DNA of 64,000 nucleotides from Thermoplasmata archaeon (lineage in GTDB: Archaea; Thermoplasmatota; Thermoplasmata; Lutacidiplasmatales; UBA184): positions 19,781-83,780 of the forward strand of contig JAWOKS010000025.1 of the NCBI GenBank assembly GCA_033854115.1. The letters are read 5' to 3'. The notes under the pieces were generated by a model, which saw nothing but the letters and a program-made list of their open reading frames with translations, ran no database searches and was not told the origin of the DNA. Of this stretch, positions 25,584 to 34,903 are shown piece by piece. A program made the translations under genes and the position numbers. Position 1 is the first letter of the stretch. Each line of letters opens with the position of its first letter.

Positions 25584-27209
25584 TTGAAGGGAAGGTTGAC
25601 TACGCTTGACCCTCCCGAGACGGCGCCGAGGAAGCTTTTGAGCAACGACCGACGTTCCATCGAACGAGGGGGAACGGCCGTGCCGGACGCCGATCTCGGG
25701 CTGGGCGGGATCTTCGACCACGCCCCGGTCGGCCTCGTGCTCCTCGAGGCGGACGGCCGGATCGCTTGGACGAACGCGACGTATCGGCGCTGGGCACCGG
25801 GAGGAGCGGGCCGCGACGCCCCGCGCGGGTTCCGGGACGATCCCGGGCTGCGGGCCCCGGCGCTCCTCGCGGCGATCGAAGAGGGCCTCGCGCTCGCGGC
25901 CGGCACAGGCGGGAGCCCCCCGCACGCGAGCGCCGTGCCGTTCGGGGACGGGGCCGGGCCCGGCCCGCGGTTCGTCGACCTCGCGCTCGCGTTCGTCCCG
26001 AGCGGGGACGACCGCCCCCGCCGGCTCCTCGCGGTGCTGAGCGACGCGGGGGAACGGCTGGGCGAGCACGAGCAGGCGCGCCTTCTCTACGAGGCGTTCC
26101 TGACGAGCACGAACGCGATGGAGGTCACCGACCGCCATGGCTTCCTCGTCGACGTGAACCCCGCCTTCGAGGCAACGTACGGTTACTCGCGGGCGGAGTG
26201 CATCGGCCGCAAGCCGAGCCTCGTCCGGAGCGGCCGGACGAGCCCCGAGACCTACGCCCGGATGTGGAAGGACCTCCTCGACCCGAACCGGGGGAACTGG
26301 TCCGGCGAGATCGTGAACCGCGACCGCTCCGGCCGCGATCGGCCGGTCTTCCTCACCGTCACCGCCGTGAAGAACGAGGCGGGCGAGGTCACCCACTACG
26401 TCGGGGTCGCGGTCGACCTCACGGAGCAGAAGGCCTGGGAGCGCCTTGCGGCCCACTCCGAGCGCCTCTCGTCGCTCGGCCAGCTGGCCGCGGGGGTCGC
26501 GCACGAGATCAACACGCCGCTCGCGAACGTCATGCTCGTCGCGGAAAGCCTCCGACGGCGGGCGACGGATCCCTGGACGCGCCAGCGGGCCGAGACGATC
26601 GCCGCCCAGGTCGACGTCGCCGCGAGGATCGTCCGCGGGCTGCTCGACTTCGCCCGGCGCAGCGAGCCGCAGGTGACCCGCCTCGATCTCTCCGCCGTCG
26701 CGCGTCAGGCGGTCGGGTTCCTCCGCGGGAAGCAGCCGGCGAACGTTGAGGTCGAGGAGCACTACCCGCCCGAGCCGCAACCGATCTTCGGCGACCGCGG
26801 CCAGCTCATGCAGGTCTTCACGAACATCCTGCTCAACGCCTACGACGCGCTCGAGGGAGCGTCCGATGGCCGGATCTGGGTCGAGGTCCGGTCGACGGGC
26901 CCGGACGTGGAGATCGAGATCCGGGACAACGGCCCCGGGATCCCCGTGGAAGCGCTCCCCCGGGTCTTCGACCCGTTCTTCACGACCAAGCCCGAGGGTC
27001 GCGGCACCGGGCTCGGGCTCGCGATCTGCCACGGCATCGTCCAGGCGCACGGGGGCACGATCGCCGCGCGCAACGTCCCGGGGAGCGGGGCAAGCCTCCT
27101 TGTCACGCTCCCGCTCGTCGGGGGGCTCAGCGGCCCCTCGGTGACGGCCGGAACCGCCCCGTCCGCCCGGCCGGCGGTCCCCCCGGACCCCGGCGCCCGC
27201 CCGGCCTGA
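25584..27209 (+). CDS. Cytoplasmic PAS-domain sensor histidine kinase
   Basis: Contains the H-box LAAGVAHEINTPLANV, the N-box FTNILLNAYDAL, G1 IRDNGPGIP and G2 GTGLGLAICHGIVQAHGG. Upstream PAS-like segments include YEAFLTSTNAMEVTDRHGFLVDVNPAFEATYGYSRAECIG. It has a TTG start and I saw no TM segment. Confidence 0.85.
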   Translation: MKGRLTTLDPPETAPRKLLSNDRRSIERGGTAVPDADLGLGGIFDHAPVGLVLLEADGRIAWTNATYRRWAPGGAGRDAPRGFRDDPGLRAPALLAAIEEGLALAAGTGGSPPHASAVPFGDGAGPGPRFVDLALAFVPSGDDRPRRLLAVLSDAGERLGEHEQARLLYEAFLTSTNAMEVTDRHGFLVDVNPAFEATYGYSRAECIGRKPSLVRSGRTSPETYARMWKDLLDPNRGNWSGEIVNRDRSGRDRPVFLTVTAVKNEAGEVTHYVGVAVDLTEQKAWERLAAHSERLSSLGQLAAGVAHEINTPLANVMLVAESLRRRATDPWTRQRAETIAAQVDVAARIVRGLLDFARRSEPQVTRLDLSAVARQAVGFLRGKQPANVEVEEHYPPEPQPIFGDRGQLMQVFTNILLNAYDALEGASDGRIWVEVRSTGPDVEIEIRDNGPGIPVEALPRVFDPFFTTKPEGRGTGLGLAICHGIVQAHGGTIAARNVPGSGASLLVTLPLVGGLSGPSVTAGTAPSARPAVPPDPGARPA

Positions 27210-27301
27210 AGGGCGGGGCGCGGGCGGGAGGCCGCGGGCTCCCGGGCCACCCCCGGGGAACGCCGACAAACCTCAAGCGGGGGTGCGACCGTTCCGCGAA
27301 C

Positions 27302-28348
27302 GTGAGGCTCCTCGTCGTCGATGACGATGCCGTGTTCCGGGAGGAACTCGCCGACCTGCTCCGGGACGACCACCACGAGGTGACGACCAGCCCGTCCGCG
27401 GTGAAAGCCCTCGAGGAGCTCGCGCGCCAGGAGTTCGACGTGGTGCTCACCGACCTCAAGATGCCCCGGCAGAGCGGGCTCGATCTCCTCCGGGAGGTCC
27501 GGGCGCGGTTCCCCGCGACCCCGGTCGTCATGATCACCGGCTTCGCCACGGTCGAGACCGCGGTCGAGGCGATGAAGTCGGGGGCGGCCGACTACGTGCA
27601 GAAGCCGTTCAAGATCGACCAGGTCCGCCAGGTCCTCGGCCACATCGAGCAGGAGGGTCGCTTCCTTTCCGGCGAGGAGCGCGCCCCGAGCCCGGACCAG
27701 CTGGTCCGGGGCTGGGTCCGCGAGAACGGGTCCGCCGTCCTCTACCTCACCCCGCGGGAGGTGCGGCCCGTCCCCGGGGTCACGGTCCAGAGACCCGACC
27801 TCGAGAACCCGGCGGCGATGCGCGACGCGATCGAGGCGTTCCTGGCCGAGCGGCCCCGGGCCGGCGTCCTGCTCGAGGACGTCGACCGCATGCTCCTCCA
27901 CCACCGGCGCAGCGACATCCTCGCGTTCCTCGAGGACATCCGCCAGCGGATGGAGGGCCGCGGCCCGTTCGTCGTGACGTTCAACCCGAAGCGGATCTCC
28001 GCGGCGGACGCCCGGGACGTCCGCGCCGCGGTCGTCGGTCCGGCGACCCGCCTCACGCTCGAGGCCCTCGCGAACCCGGTCCGTCGCGCCGTCCTGCGTC
28101 GGGCCGCCGACGGGGCGTGCTCGTTCACCGAGGCGATGCGCGCGGCGGGGCTCGAGGACTCCCCGAAGCTCGCTTTCCACCTCCGACGCCTCGTCGACGA
28201 CGGGCTGCTCGTCCACGGCGGCGAGAACTATCGCATCACCGCGAAGGGGACGGAGGCGATGCGCCTGTTGAGCGAGCTCGACGAGCTCGCCCGGTTCTCA
28301 GGGATGCACAACGGCGCGATCCCCTTGACCCCCGTCAAGGGGACCTGA
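27302..28348 (+). CDS. Response regulator: receiver + DUF835-like domain + ArsR-type wHTH
   Basis: The receiver is canonical: LLVVDDD, VVLTDLKMP (phospho-Asp), VVMITG, VQKPF. The middle has LYLTPREV...AIEAFLAERPRAGVLLEDVDRMLLHHRRSDILAFLEDIRQRMEGRGPFVVTFNP, which is DUF835-like. The C-terminus has LANPVRRAVLRRAADGACSFTEAMRAAGLEDSPKLAFHLRRLVDDGLL, which is ArsR-like. GTG start. Confidence 0.85.
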   Translation: MRLLVVDDDAVFREELADLLRDDHHEVTTSPSAVKALEELARQEFDVVLTDLKMPRQSGLDLLREVRARFPATPVVMITGFATVETAVEAMKSGAADYVQKPFKIDQVRQVLGHIEQEGRFLSGEERAPSPDQLVRGWVRENGSAVLYLTPREVRPVPGVTVQRPDLENPAAMRDAIEAFLAERPRAGVLLEDVDRMLLHHRRSDILAFLEDIRQRMEGRGPFVVTFNPKRISAADARDVRAAVVGPATRLTLEALANPVRRAVLRRAADGACSFTEAMRAAGLEDSPKLAFHLRRLVDDGLLVHGGENYRITAKGTEAMRLLSELDELARFSGMHNGAIPLTPVKGT

Positions 28349-28404
28349 GCCGGGCCGCACCCGCCGTCGCGCTGTCCGCCCGGCGGAGCGTCCTCGACGC
28401 GAGC

Positions 28405-29037
28405 TCAATCCTCGAGCCGTCGCACCGGCCGGTGCGTCACGACGCGGGAGCCGGCGGGCCTCGGCGACGCGGACGGGTCGGGCTCGGAACCGATCGGGAC
28501 GAGGACAGCGACCTCGTCCGCGTCGGGCCGTTCCGCGATCGGGAACCCGCTCGTCCGGAAGACCTCGAGCATCCCGGGATTGTCGGGACGGACCCGGGCC
28601 TCGAACTGCCGGATGCCGAACGCCCGCGCGGCCCGGGCGAGGCGCGCGAGGAGCAGCATCGGGATCCCGCGGTCGCGGTAGGCGTCGTCGACCAGGAACG
28701 TCACCTCGGCGGTGGCCCCGCGCGCCTCCTCGCGCGCGTAGCGGCCGAGCCCGAGGACCGCCACCCCTCCCGCCCGGTCCCCGAGCACGAGGAGGCCGAG
28801 CGCCTCGTCGGCCCGGGACGCCGCGGCGACCTCGGCCGCTCCGAGCTCGGGACGGGAGGTCGGGAAGACCGTCGAGGCGAGCGCTTCGGCGGACGCCCTC
28901 GCGAGGAACTCGGCGAGGAGCGGCCGGTCCTCCTCCTGGGCCTCCCGCACCCACACCTCGGTCCCGTCGCGCAGGAAGGCCGGACCGGTCACCGCAGGCG
29001 GAAGACGAGGTCCGGCCGAGCTCGTCGGCGTCGTCAT
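28405..29037 (-). CDS. GNAT-family N-acetyltransferase
   Basis: The C-terminal part of ORF 28405..29667(-) has EVTFLVDDAYRDRGIPMLLLARLARAARAFGIRQFEARVRPDNPGMLEVFRTSGF, which is GNAT motif A (R-x-x-G-x-G/A-like). I place the start at ATG 29037 (MTTPTSSAG...). The longer track ORF is Arg-rich upstream. Confidence 0.75.
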   Translation of the reverse strand: MTTPTSSAGPRLPPAVTGPAFLRDGTEVWVREAQEEDRPLLAEFLARASAEALASTVFPTSRPELGAAEVAAASRADEALGLLVLGDRAGGVAVLGLGRYAREEARGATAEVTFLVDDAYRDRGIPMLLLARLARAARAFGIRQFEARVRPDNPGMLEVFRTSGFPIAERPDADEVAVLVPIGSEPDPSASPRPAGSRVVTHRPVRRLED

Positions 29038-29268
29038 CCTCGTACAGTACTTCGGACCGTTCGCGAGGGATGAACGCCCTGTGAACCGCATTTGACCGTG
29101 CCGCGTCGTCGCGCCGGGAGAGCTCGGGGCGCCCCGAAGGGCCGAAGCGCACCCGCCCGGGACCACTGGTCGGCACGGCTCCCCCCCGGCGGCCGTCGCC
29201 CTGGCTCGACGGGGGCGCCATGTACTTCTCTCGGCCCCGCCTTTCCTCCCGGAGGGAGGAAGGATCCG

Positions 29269-29691
29269 ATGGGCTGGCTCTCGCGCTTCGTCCGCGGCGG
29301 CCCGCCGCCGGCTGAGGGCGCGGCGACCTCCACGGCCGGGGAGGACCGGTCCCCCCGTCCGTCGCCCCCCGAGCGTCTCACGACGCTCAACTTCGAGAAG
29401 TTCCTTCGCGACCACCCGCGGGTCGTGGTCGACGTCTGGGCGCCGTGGTGCGGCCCGTGCCGAGCGTTCGCCCCGATCTTCGCCTCGGCGGCCGCGGAGT
29501 ACGGCCACGCGGTCGGCTTCGCGAAACTGCACGCCGACCACGAGCCGACGCTCGTCCGCCGGCTCGGGGTCCGGTCCCTTCCCTCGCTCCTGTTCTTCCG
29601 TGACGGGCGTCTCGTCCGCCGCGAGGTCGGCGTTCTCCCGGCCGAGCGGTTCGCGAAGCGCCTCCACCTGGTCTTCCGCGACCTTGCCTGA
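29269..29691 (+). CDS. trxA: Thioredoxin
   Basis: Contains VVVDVWAPWCGPCRAFAPIF (WCGPC active site). ATG 29269 is preceded by GGAGGGAGGAAGG. A ~35-aa Gly/Pro/Ala-rich N-terminal extension precedes the Trx fold. Confidence 0.85.
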   Translation: MGWLSRFVRGGPPPAEGAATSTAGEDRSPRPSPPERLTTLNFEKFLRDHPRVVVDVWAPWCGPCRAFAPIFASAAAEYGHAVGFAKLHADHEPTLVRRLGVRSLPSLLFFRDGRLVRREVGVLPAERFAKRLHLVFRDLA

Positions 29692-29721
29692 ACGGCACCG
29701 CCCGCGGGGAGCGGGGCGGGG

Positions 29722-30894
29722 TCAGCGGAGGGCCTCGCGGCGTCCGCCGGTGAGGTCCCGCTCAGGGCTCACGAGACGCGCGACGTCGGGCTCGATCGCC
29801 GGTCGACCGTGCGCGATCAGCGAGGCGAGGTGCCGGCCGACCCCCGGGCCGAGCATGAAGCCCTGGCCGCACATCCCGACCCCGAGGTAGAGGCCGTCGA
29901 CGTTCGGCGCCCTGCCCACGATTGGGAGCCCGTCCGGCGTCATCGGGTAGAGCCCGCGCCAGACCCGCCGGATCGTGAGGTTCTTGAGACGCGGAAGGAC
30001 CTCGACGAGCCGGGCCGCGACGATCGGCATGAACTCGTAGGTCGAGACGCGGTTCTCCCCGGGGATCGGGACCCGCGGCGTGTAGCAGAAGATCACCTGG
30101 TCGTCCGCGTCCTGTCCGAAGTAGAAGTTGGAGGTCTTCCCCTCCGGCCCGGGCCGCAGGTCGACCACGAGCGGGCCGAGGAACCGCTCGACCGGGGCCG
30201 AGATCCCGGCCTCGTGGCTCTCCGGGAGGATCGGGACGGGCACCCCCGCCGTCCGGCCGATGCGATCGGCGTGGACCCCGGCCGCGTTGACGACGACCGG
30301 GGCCCGGTACTCGGCCCGCTCGGTCGCGAGCCCCACCACCGTGGAGCCGCGCACGAGGATCGAACGGACCGTCTCCCGGTAGCGGTAGACCGCCCCGCGG
30401 CGGATCGCCTCCCGGGTGAACGACTCGGAGGCCCGGAGCGGGTTGACCTGGCCATCCTCGGGAGAGAACGTGCCCCCGCGCAGCCCGTCCGGGTTGATGC
30501 CGGGGACGAGGCGACGGACCTCCTCCGCGTCGCGCCAGTCGATCGCGAGGCGGTGCTGGTGCTGGACCGGGAGCAGCGAGCGGAGGGTCGCCTCGACCTT
30601 CTCGTCGAACGCGGGGAAGCAGTAGCCGCCCGGCTTCCAGCCGATGTCGGTGCCGGTCGCCTCCTTCCAGTGGGAGAAGGTCTCGAGGCTCAACTGACAG
30701 AGCCGGATCTTCGCCGGGTCCGAGTGCGTGGCCCGGACCCCGCCGATCGCCGCCTTGTTCTGCCCCTGGCCGGACGACGCGAGCTCGTCCACCACGAGCA
30801 CCCGCAGCCCTTCCTCGGCGAGGGCGAACGCCGTAGGGTTGCCGACCGACCCCGCGCCCACGACGATCGCGTCAAACTCGGGAGTCGTCAGCAC
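29722..30894 (-). CDS. FAD-dependent oxidoreductase, DAO family (probable L-proline dehydrogenase beta-type subunit)
   Basis: Contains FDAIVVGAGSVGNPTAFALAEEG (GxGxxG) and a C-terminal GVGMCGQGFMLGPGVG. It is a paralog of 16482..17645. The assignment to proline is an inference from the adjacent P5C dehydrogenase. Confidence 0.85.
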   Translation of the reverse strand: MLTTPEFDAIVVGAGSVGNPTAFALAEEGLRVLVVDELASSGQGQNKAAIGGVRATHSDPAKIRLCQLSLETFSHWKEATGTDIGWKPGGYCFPAFDEKVEATLRSLLPVQHQHRLAIDWRDAEEVRRLVPGINPDGLRGGTFSPEDGQVNPLRASESFTREAIRRGAVYRYRETVRSILVRGSTVVGLATERAEYRAPVVVNAAGVHADRIGRTAGVPVPILPESHEAGISAPVERFLGPLVVDLRPGPEGKTSNFYFGQDADDQVIFCYTPRVPIPGENRVSTYEFMPIVAARLVEVLPRLKNLTIRRVWRGLYPMTPDGLPIVGRAPNVDGLYLGVGMCGQGFMLGPGVGRHLASLIAHGRPAIEPDVARLVSPERDLTGGRREALR

Positions 30895-33007
30895 CTTCCC
30901 CCAGGAACGCGCGGAGCGGGACCTCCTGCGTGAACGGTCGATGCACCGGCGGCGTGAGGGTGCGGGGGTCGATCCCGAGCTCGCGGTAGACCCGCACGAT
31001 GAGCTCGGTGCACGTCTTCCCTCCGCACGGCCCCATCCCGCAGCGGAGCGCGGCCTTGACGGCGTTCAGGTCCCGCGCCCCGGTCGTGCGGACGTAGTCG
31101 AGGATCGCCTCGCGCGTCACGCGCTCGCAGCGACAGACGACCACCTCGTCGTCGCGCGCCGCGGGGGTCGGGACGAGGGGAGGGAGAGCCTCGGGGGGAC
31201 GGTACCGCACGCCCGCGACGCGGTCCGCCTCGTTCGCGGGCACCTCGAGGACGACGAGCCGGCGCCGGCGGAGGGCCTTCCCTGCGAGGACCCGGACCAC
31301 CGTGCCGGTCCCGACGGGCTCGCCCTCCGCACCGGTGGTGGGGACCTCATCGCCCGCGCGCGGACCCCCGTCGGGCATCTCCCACGGCACCGTAACGCGC
31401 GCGCGGGCGCGCCCCCCGTCGTACCGCCGGTCGACGAGGCTGATCGCGAGGCCCGGGCAGACGACCACGCACTGGAGGCAGCCGACGCAGTCGCCGGTGA
31501 GCCGCGGCCGGCCGAGGAGGTTCCCCTCGGGGATCGTGATGCTGTCCTTCACGCAGACCTCGGTGCACGGGTTGCACGGGATCTCCTGCGCGCACCGGAT
31601 CACCGGGTAGACCTTCGCCTCGGCAGGCACGGGATAGGCTCCGAGCACGGGGCCCGGGTGCGAGCTCAGCGTCGCGCGGAGCGCGAGCCAGGCGGCGGGG
31701 ACCTCCACGGGCTCGCCGAGGTCCTTGAGGATCGACCGGGCCGCGATCTTCCCGGAGAACATCGCGGCGGACGCCTCCGCGATCTCGCGGGCATCGCCCG
31801 CCGCGTAGGCCCGGAGGCCGAGGCGCTGCGCCTCCTGGTAGAGCTCGTTCACGGAGGAGAGGCCGACCGCGACGAGGACCGTGTCGACCTCGTAGGCGCG
31901 CGCGGTCCCCTCGACCGGCCGGAAGTTCGCGTCGACCTCGGCGACGATCGCCCGTTCCACGTGGTCGGTCCCCTCGGCGCGAAGGACCGTGTGGGAGGTG
32001 AGGACCGGCACCCCGAGCCGGAGGAGCTTGTCGCGGTGGACCCGGTAGCCCCCTACCTCGGGCAGGACTTCAACGACCGCGGCAACGTCGACGCCGGCCT
32101 GGAGGGCCTGGTACGCGACGATCAGCCCGACGTTGCCACCCCCGACGACGAGGATCCGCCGGGACGGCCGGACGAGGTCCCGGTTCACGAGCGTCTGGAA
32201 CGCCCCCGCGCCGTAGACGCCGGGGAGGTCCGCCCCGGGGAACGCGAGCGCCTTCTCGCGGGCGCCCGCGGCGACCAGGAGCGCCTGGGGACGTACCAGG
32301 GTGAACCTCCCGTGGCGGACGACGCCGACCACCCCTCCGTCGAAGATCCCGACGACCGGGGCCTCGGTCCAGACCTCGACCTCGGGATGCGAGCGGACGT
32401 CGCGGTCGAGCCGCGCGGCAATCTCCGTGCCCCGCTCGCCGGCGTAGCAGTCCTCGACCGAGCCGAAGAAGTTGTGCGTCTGCAGGGTGAGCTTCCCGCC
32501 GAGCGTCGGCTTGTCGTCGCAGAGGAGGACGCGCCGTCCGTGCGCGCCGAGCTCGGCGGCCGCCGCGAGGCCGGCCGGTCCGCCGCCCACGATGAGCACG
32601 TCGGTCGTGACCTCGTCGATCCCGCGCCGCGCGGGCGGGGGCCCGGCCTCGGGCCGGAGCGGGGGGAACCCCTCGAGCGGCTCGACGACCATCCCCGGCC
32701 GCACGGGGGTGAGGCACGCCTTCACGGCGAGCCCGTCGGCGAGCACGAGGCACTGGGCGCACTGGCCGTTCGCGCAGAAGATCCCCTGGGGGGCACCGTC
32801 CCGCCGGTGCCGGCCGAAGACCTGGACGCCGTTCGCGAAGAGCGCGGAGGCGATCATCTCGTTCCGGCGCGCCGTGAGGTCCCGCCCGTGGAACGTGAAC
32901 GTCACCGTCTCCGGGTGCTCCGGAACGTCGAGGATTGGGTGCTTTTCGATGCGGGCCGGCGCCGGAGCGAGCATGCTTGGCCCGAAGGAGGGCCGGGACG
33001 CGGTCAT
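30872..33007 (-). CDS. Multi-domain redox subunit: 2Fe-2S + FAD/NAD(P) oxidoreductase + 2x[4Fe-4S]-like + BFD-like [2Fe-2S]
   Basis: Reading N- to C-terminus: FTFHGRDLTARRNEMIASALFANG...FCANGQCAQCLVLADGLAVKAC, then DVLIVGGGPAGLAAAAELG and RILVVGGGNVGLIVA, then IRCAQEIPCNPCTEVC...GDCVGCLQCVVVCP, then VVVCRCERVTREAILDYV...LRCGMGPCGGKTC. Confidence 0.85.
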   Translation of the reverse strand: MTASRPSFGPSMLAPAPARIEKHPILDVPEHPETVTFTFHGRDLTARRNEMIASALFANGVQVFGRHRRDGAPQGIFCANGQCAQCLVLADGLAVKACLTPVRPGMVVEPLEGFPPLRPEAGPPPARRGIDEVTTDVLIVGGGPAGLAAAAELGAHGRRVLLCDDKPTLGGKLTLQTHNFFGSVEDCYAGERGTEIAARLDRDVRSHPEVEVWTEAPVVGIFDGGVVGVVRHGRFTLVRPQALLVAAGAREKALAFPGADLPGVYGAGAFQTLVNRDLVRPSRRILVVGGGNVGLIVAYQALQAGVDVAAVVEVLPEVGGYRVHRDKLLRLGVPVLTSHTVLRAEGTDHVERAIVAEVDANFRPVEGTARAYEVDTVLVAVGLSSVNELYQEAQRLGLRAYAAGDAREIAEASAAMFSGKIAARSILKDLGEPVEVPAAWLALRATLSSHPGPVLGAYPVPAEAKVYPVIRCAQEIPCNPCTEVCVKDSITIPEGNLLGRPRLTGDCVGCLQCVVVCPGLAISLVDRRYDGGRARARVTVPWEMPDGGPRAGDEVPTTGAEGEPVGTGTVVRVLAGKALRRRRLVVLEVPANEADRVAGVRYRPPEALPPLVPTPAARDDEVVVCRCERVTREAILDYVRTTGARDLNAVKAALRCGMGPCGGKTCTELIVRVYRELGIDPRTLTPPVHRPFTQEVPLRAFLGEGADDSRV

Positions 33008-33069
33008 TAACCCCGTATCAAGGAGAGTTCACGAAACGGTTAGTACCGCGGGTCCGCTCGCGGGAGGTC

Positions 33070-34689
33070 ATGATCTGGAAGGTCGAGCACCCGGTCAACG
33101 ACGTCAACACGATCCGGTCGTACGCCCCCGGCTCCGCCGACCGGGCCCGCCTCCTCGAGGAGCTCGCCCGCGCCCGGAAGGAGACGGTCGAGGTCCCGCT
33201 CGTCCTCGGGGGCGAGGAGGTGCGGACGGACCAGGTCGTCGACCTCCCGTGCCCGGACGACCGCTCGACGATCCTCGCCCGCGCCCATCTCGCCGGGGAG
33301 GACGAGCTCCGGCGCGCGGCCGAGGCCGCCCTCGCAGCCCACGCGGCGTGGGCCCGGACGGACCCGTACCACCGGCTCGCCGTCTTCCAGAAGGCCGCGG
33401 CCCTCCTCGCGGGCCCCCACCGGATCCGCCACATCGCGGCGATCATGCTCAACCATTCGAAGAACCCGTACGAGGCCGAGATCGATCTCGCCGAGCTCGT
33501 TGACTTCTGGAACTTCAACGCGTACTTCGCGCGCCAGATCTACGAGATGCAGCCCGACCAGTATCCGGGCGAGACCAACCGGTTCGACTGGCGCCCGCTC
33601 GAGGGGTTCGTCCTCGCCGTCCCGCCGTTCAACTTCTACTCGATCGCGGGGAACCTCCCGACCGCCCCGGCGATGGTCGGGAACGTGACGATCTGGAAGC
33701 CCGCGCGCGCGGTGATCCTGTCGAACTACCGGATCTTCCAGGTCCTGGTCGAGGCGGGGCTGCCGCCGGGCGTCATCAACTTCGTCCCGTTCCCGAGCGC
33801 GCACGCCCCCGTCCTGCTCGAGCACCCGGGGCTCGCCGGCGTCCACTTCACGGGCAGCTACGCGAGCCTCGTAGAGATCTGGAAGCGGGTCGGCGCCCAT
33901 GTCGAGGCGTACCGGAACTTCCCGCGGATCGTGGGCGAGACCGGTGGGAAGGATTTCATCGTCATGCACCCTTCGGCCGACGCGCGGGGGACGGCGATCA
34001 ACCTCCTCCGGGGCGCGTTCGAGTACCAGGGCCAGAAGTGCTCGGCCTGCTCCCGCGCCTACGTCCCCGAGAGCCGCTGGCCCGAGGTGGAGCGGATCCT
34101 CAAGGAGGAGGTGCCGAAGGTCCCGGTCGGGCCGCTGCACGACCTCGCGAACTCGGTCGGGGCGGTCATCGACGAGGCGGCGTTCACGAACATCCAAGGG
34201 TACCTCGAGTACGCCCGGGCGCACCCGGACCGCTACGAGTTCGTCGTCGGCGGGACCACGGACGCTTCCGCCGGCTGGTTCGTCCACCCCACCGTCATCC
34301 GGACGACCGAACCCGAGGGGAAGCTGATGTCGGAGGAGATCTTCGGACCGGTCCTCACGGTCTACGTCTACCCGGACGCGAAGTACGAGGAGACGCTCCG
34401 CCTGTGCGACGCAACCTCGCCCTACGGCCTCACCGGCGCGATCTTCGCCCGCGACACGTCGGCGATCGTCCGCGCGGAGGAGGCCCTCCGCTGGAGCGCG
34501 GGGAACTTCTACATCAACGACAAGCCGACCGGGGCGATCGTCGGACGGCAGCCGTTCGGCGGGGCACGACGCTCCGGCACGAACGACAAGGCGGGCTCGT
34601 TCCTCAATCTCCTTCGGTGGATGACGCCGCGGAACCTCAAGGAGAACGCGGTGCTCCCGAAGGACTGGCGTCGTCCGTTCCTCGGCTAG
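33070..34689 (+). CDS. 1-pyrroline-5-carboxylate (L-glutamate gamma-semialdehyde) dehydrogenase
   Basis: An aldehyde dehydrogenase with GETGGKDF and FEYQGQKCSACSR (catalytic Cys), plus an N-terminal region typical of the long P5CDH class. ATG 33070 is preceded by GGGAGG. The track ORF start at 32935 (TTG) lies inside the divergent spacer. Confidence 0.85.
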   Translation: MIWKVEHPVNDVNTIRSYAPGSADRARLLEELARARKETVEVPLVLGGEEVRTDQVVDLPCPDDRSTILARAHLAGEDELRRAAEAALAAHAAWARTDPYHRLAVFQKAAALLAGPHRIRHIAAIMLNHSKNPYEAEIDLAELVDFWNFNAYFARQIYEMQPDQYPGETNRFDWRPLEGFVLAVPPFNFYSIAGNLPTAPAMVGNVTIWKPARAVILSNYRIFQVLVEAGLPPGVINFVPFPSAHAPVLLEHPGLAGVHFTGSYASLVEIWKRVGAHVEAYRNFPRIVGETGGKDFIVMHPSADARGTAINLLRGAFEYQGQKCSACSRAYVPESRWPEVERILKEEVPKVPVGPLHDLANSVGAVIDEAAFTNIQGYLEYARAHPDRYEFVVGGTTDASAGWFVHPTVIRTTEPEGKLMSEEIFGPVLTVYVYPDAKYEETLRLCDATSPYGLTGAIFARDTSAIVRAEEALRWSAGNFYINDKPTGAIVGRQPFGGARRSGTNDKAGSFLNLLRWMTPRNLKENAVLPKDWRRPFLG

Positions 34690-34765
34690 GCGCGCCCGGT
34701 CGGCTTCGTTCCCCCGCGGCCGGTCCGGAGGGCCAGGCCCTCGTCCCCGCACGCGCCCGGGAGGG

Positions 34766-34850
34766 TGCGGGGAGAGGGATTTGAACCCACGAACCCCTAC
34801 GGGACCAGACCCTGAATCTGGCGCCTTTGGCCAAGCTTGGCAATCCCCGC
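34766..34850 (-). tRNA. tRNA-Leu (anticodon CAG), 85 nt, no encoded CCA
   Basis: Folded by hand. The acceptor is GCGGGGA/TCCCCGC. The anticodon stem CCAGA/TCTGG carries loop TTCAGGG. It has a long variable arm (TCCCGTAGGGGTTC), T-loop TTCAAAT and discriminator A. There is one U-U mismatch in the T-stem. Confidence 0.85.
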
Positions 34851-34874
34851 GCGCGGGGCCCGAGCGGAGGGCGG

Positions 34875-34880
34875 TTTAAG
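34875..34880 (-). promoter_or_regulatory. TATA-like box (CTTAAA on minus strand) for tRNA-Leu
   Basis: An A/T hexamer 25-30 nt upstream of the predicted tRNA 5' end (34850). Confidence 0.4.
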
Positions 34881-34903
34881 ACCGTTCTGCCGGCCCGGCG
34901 TGC

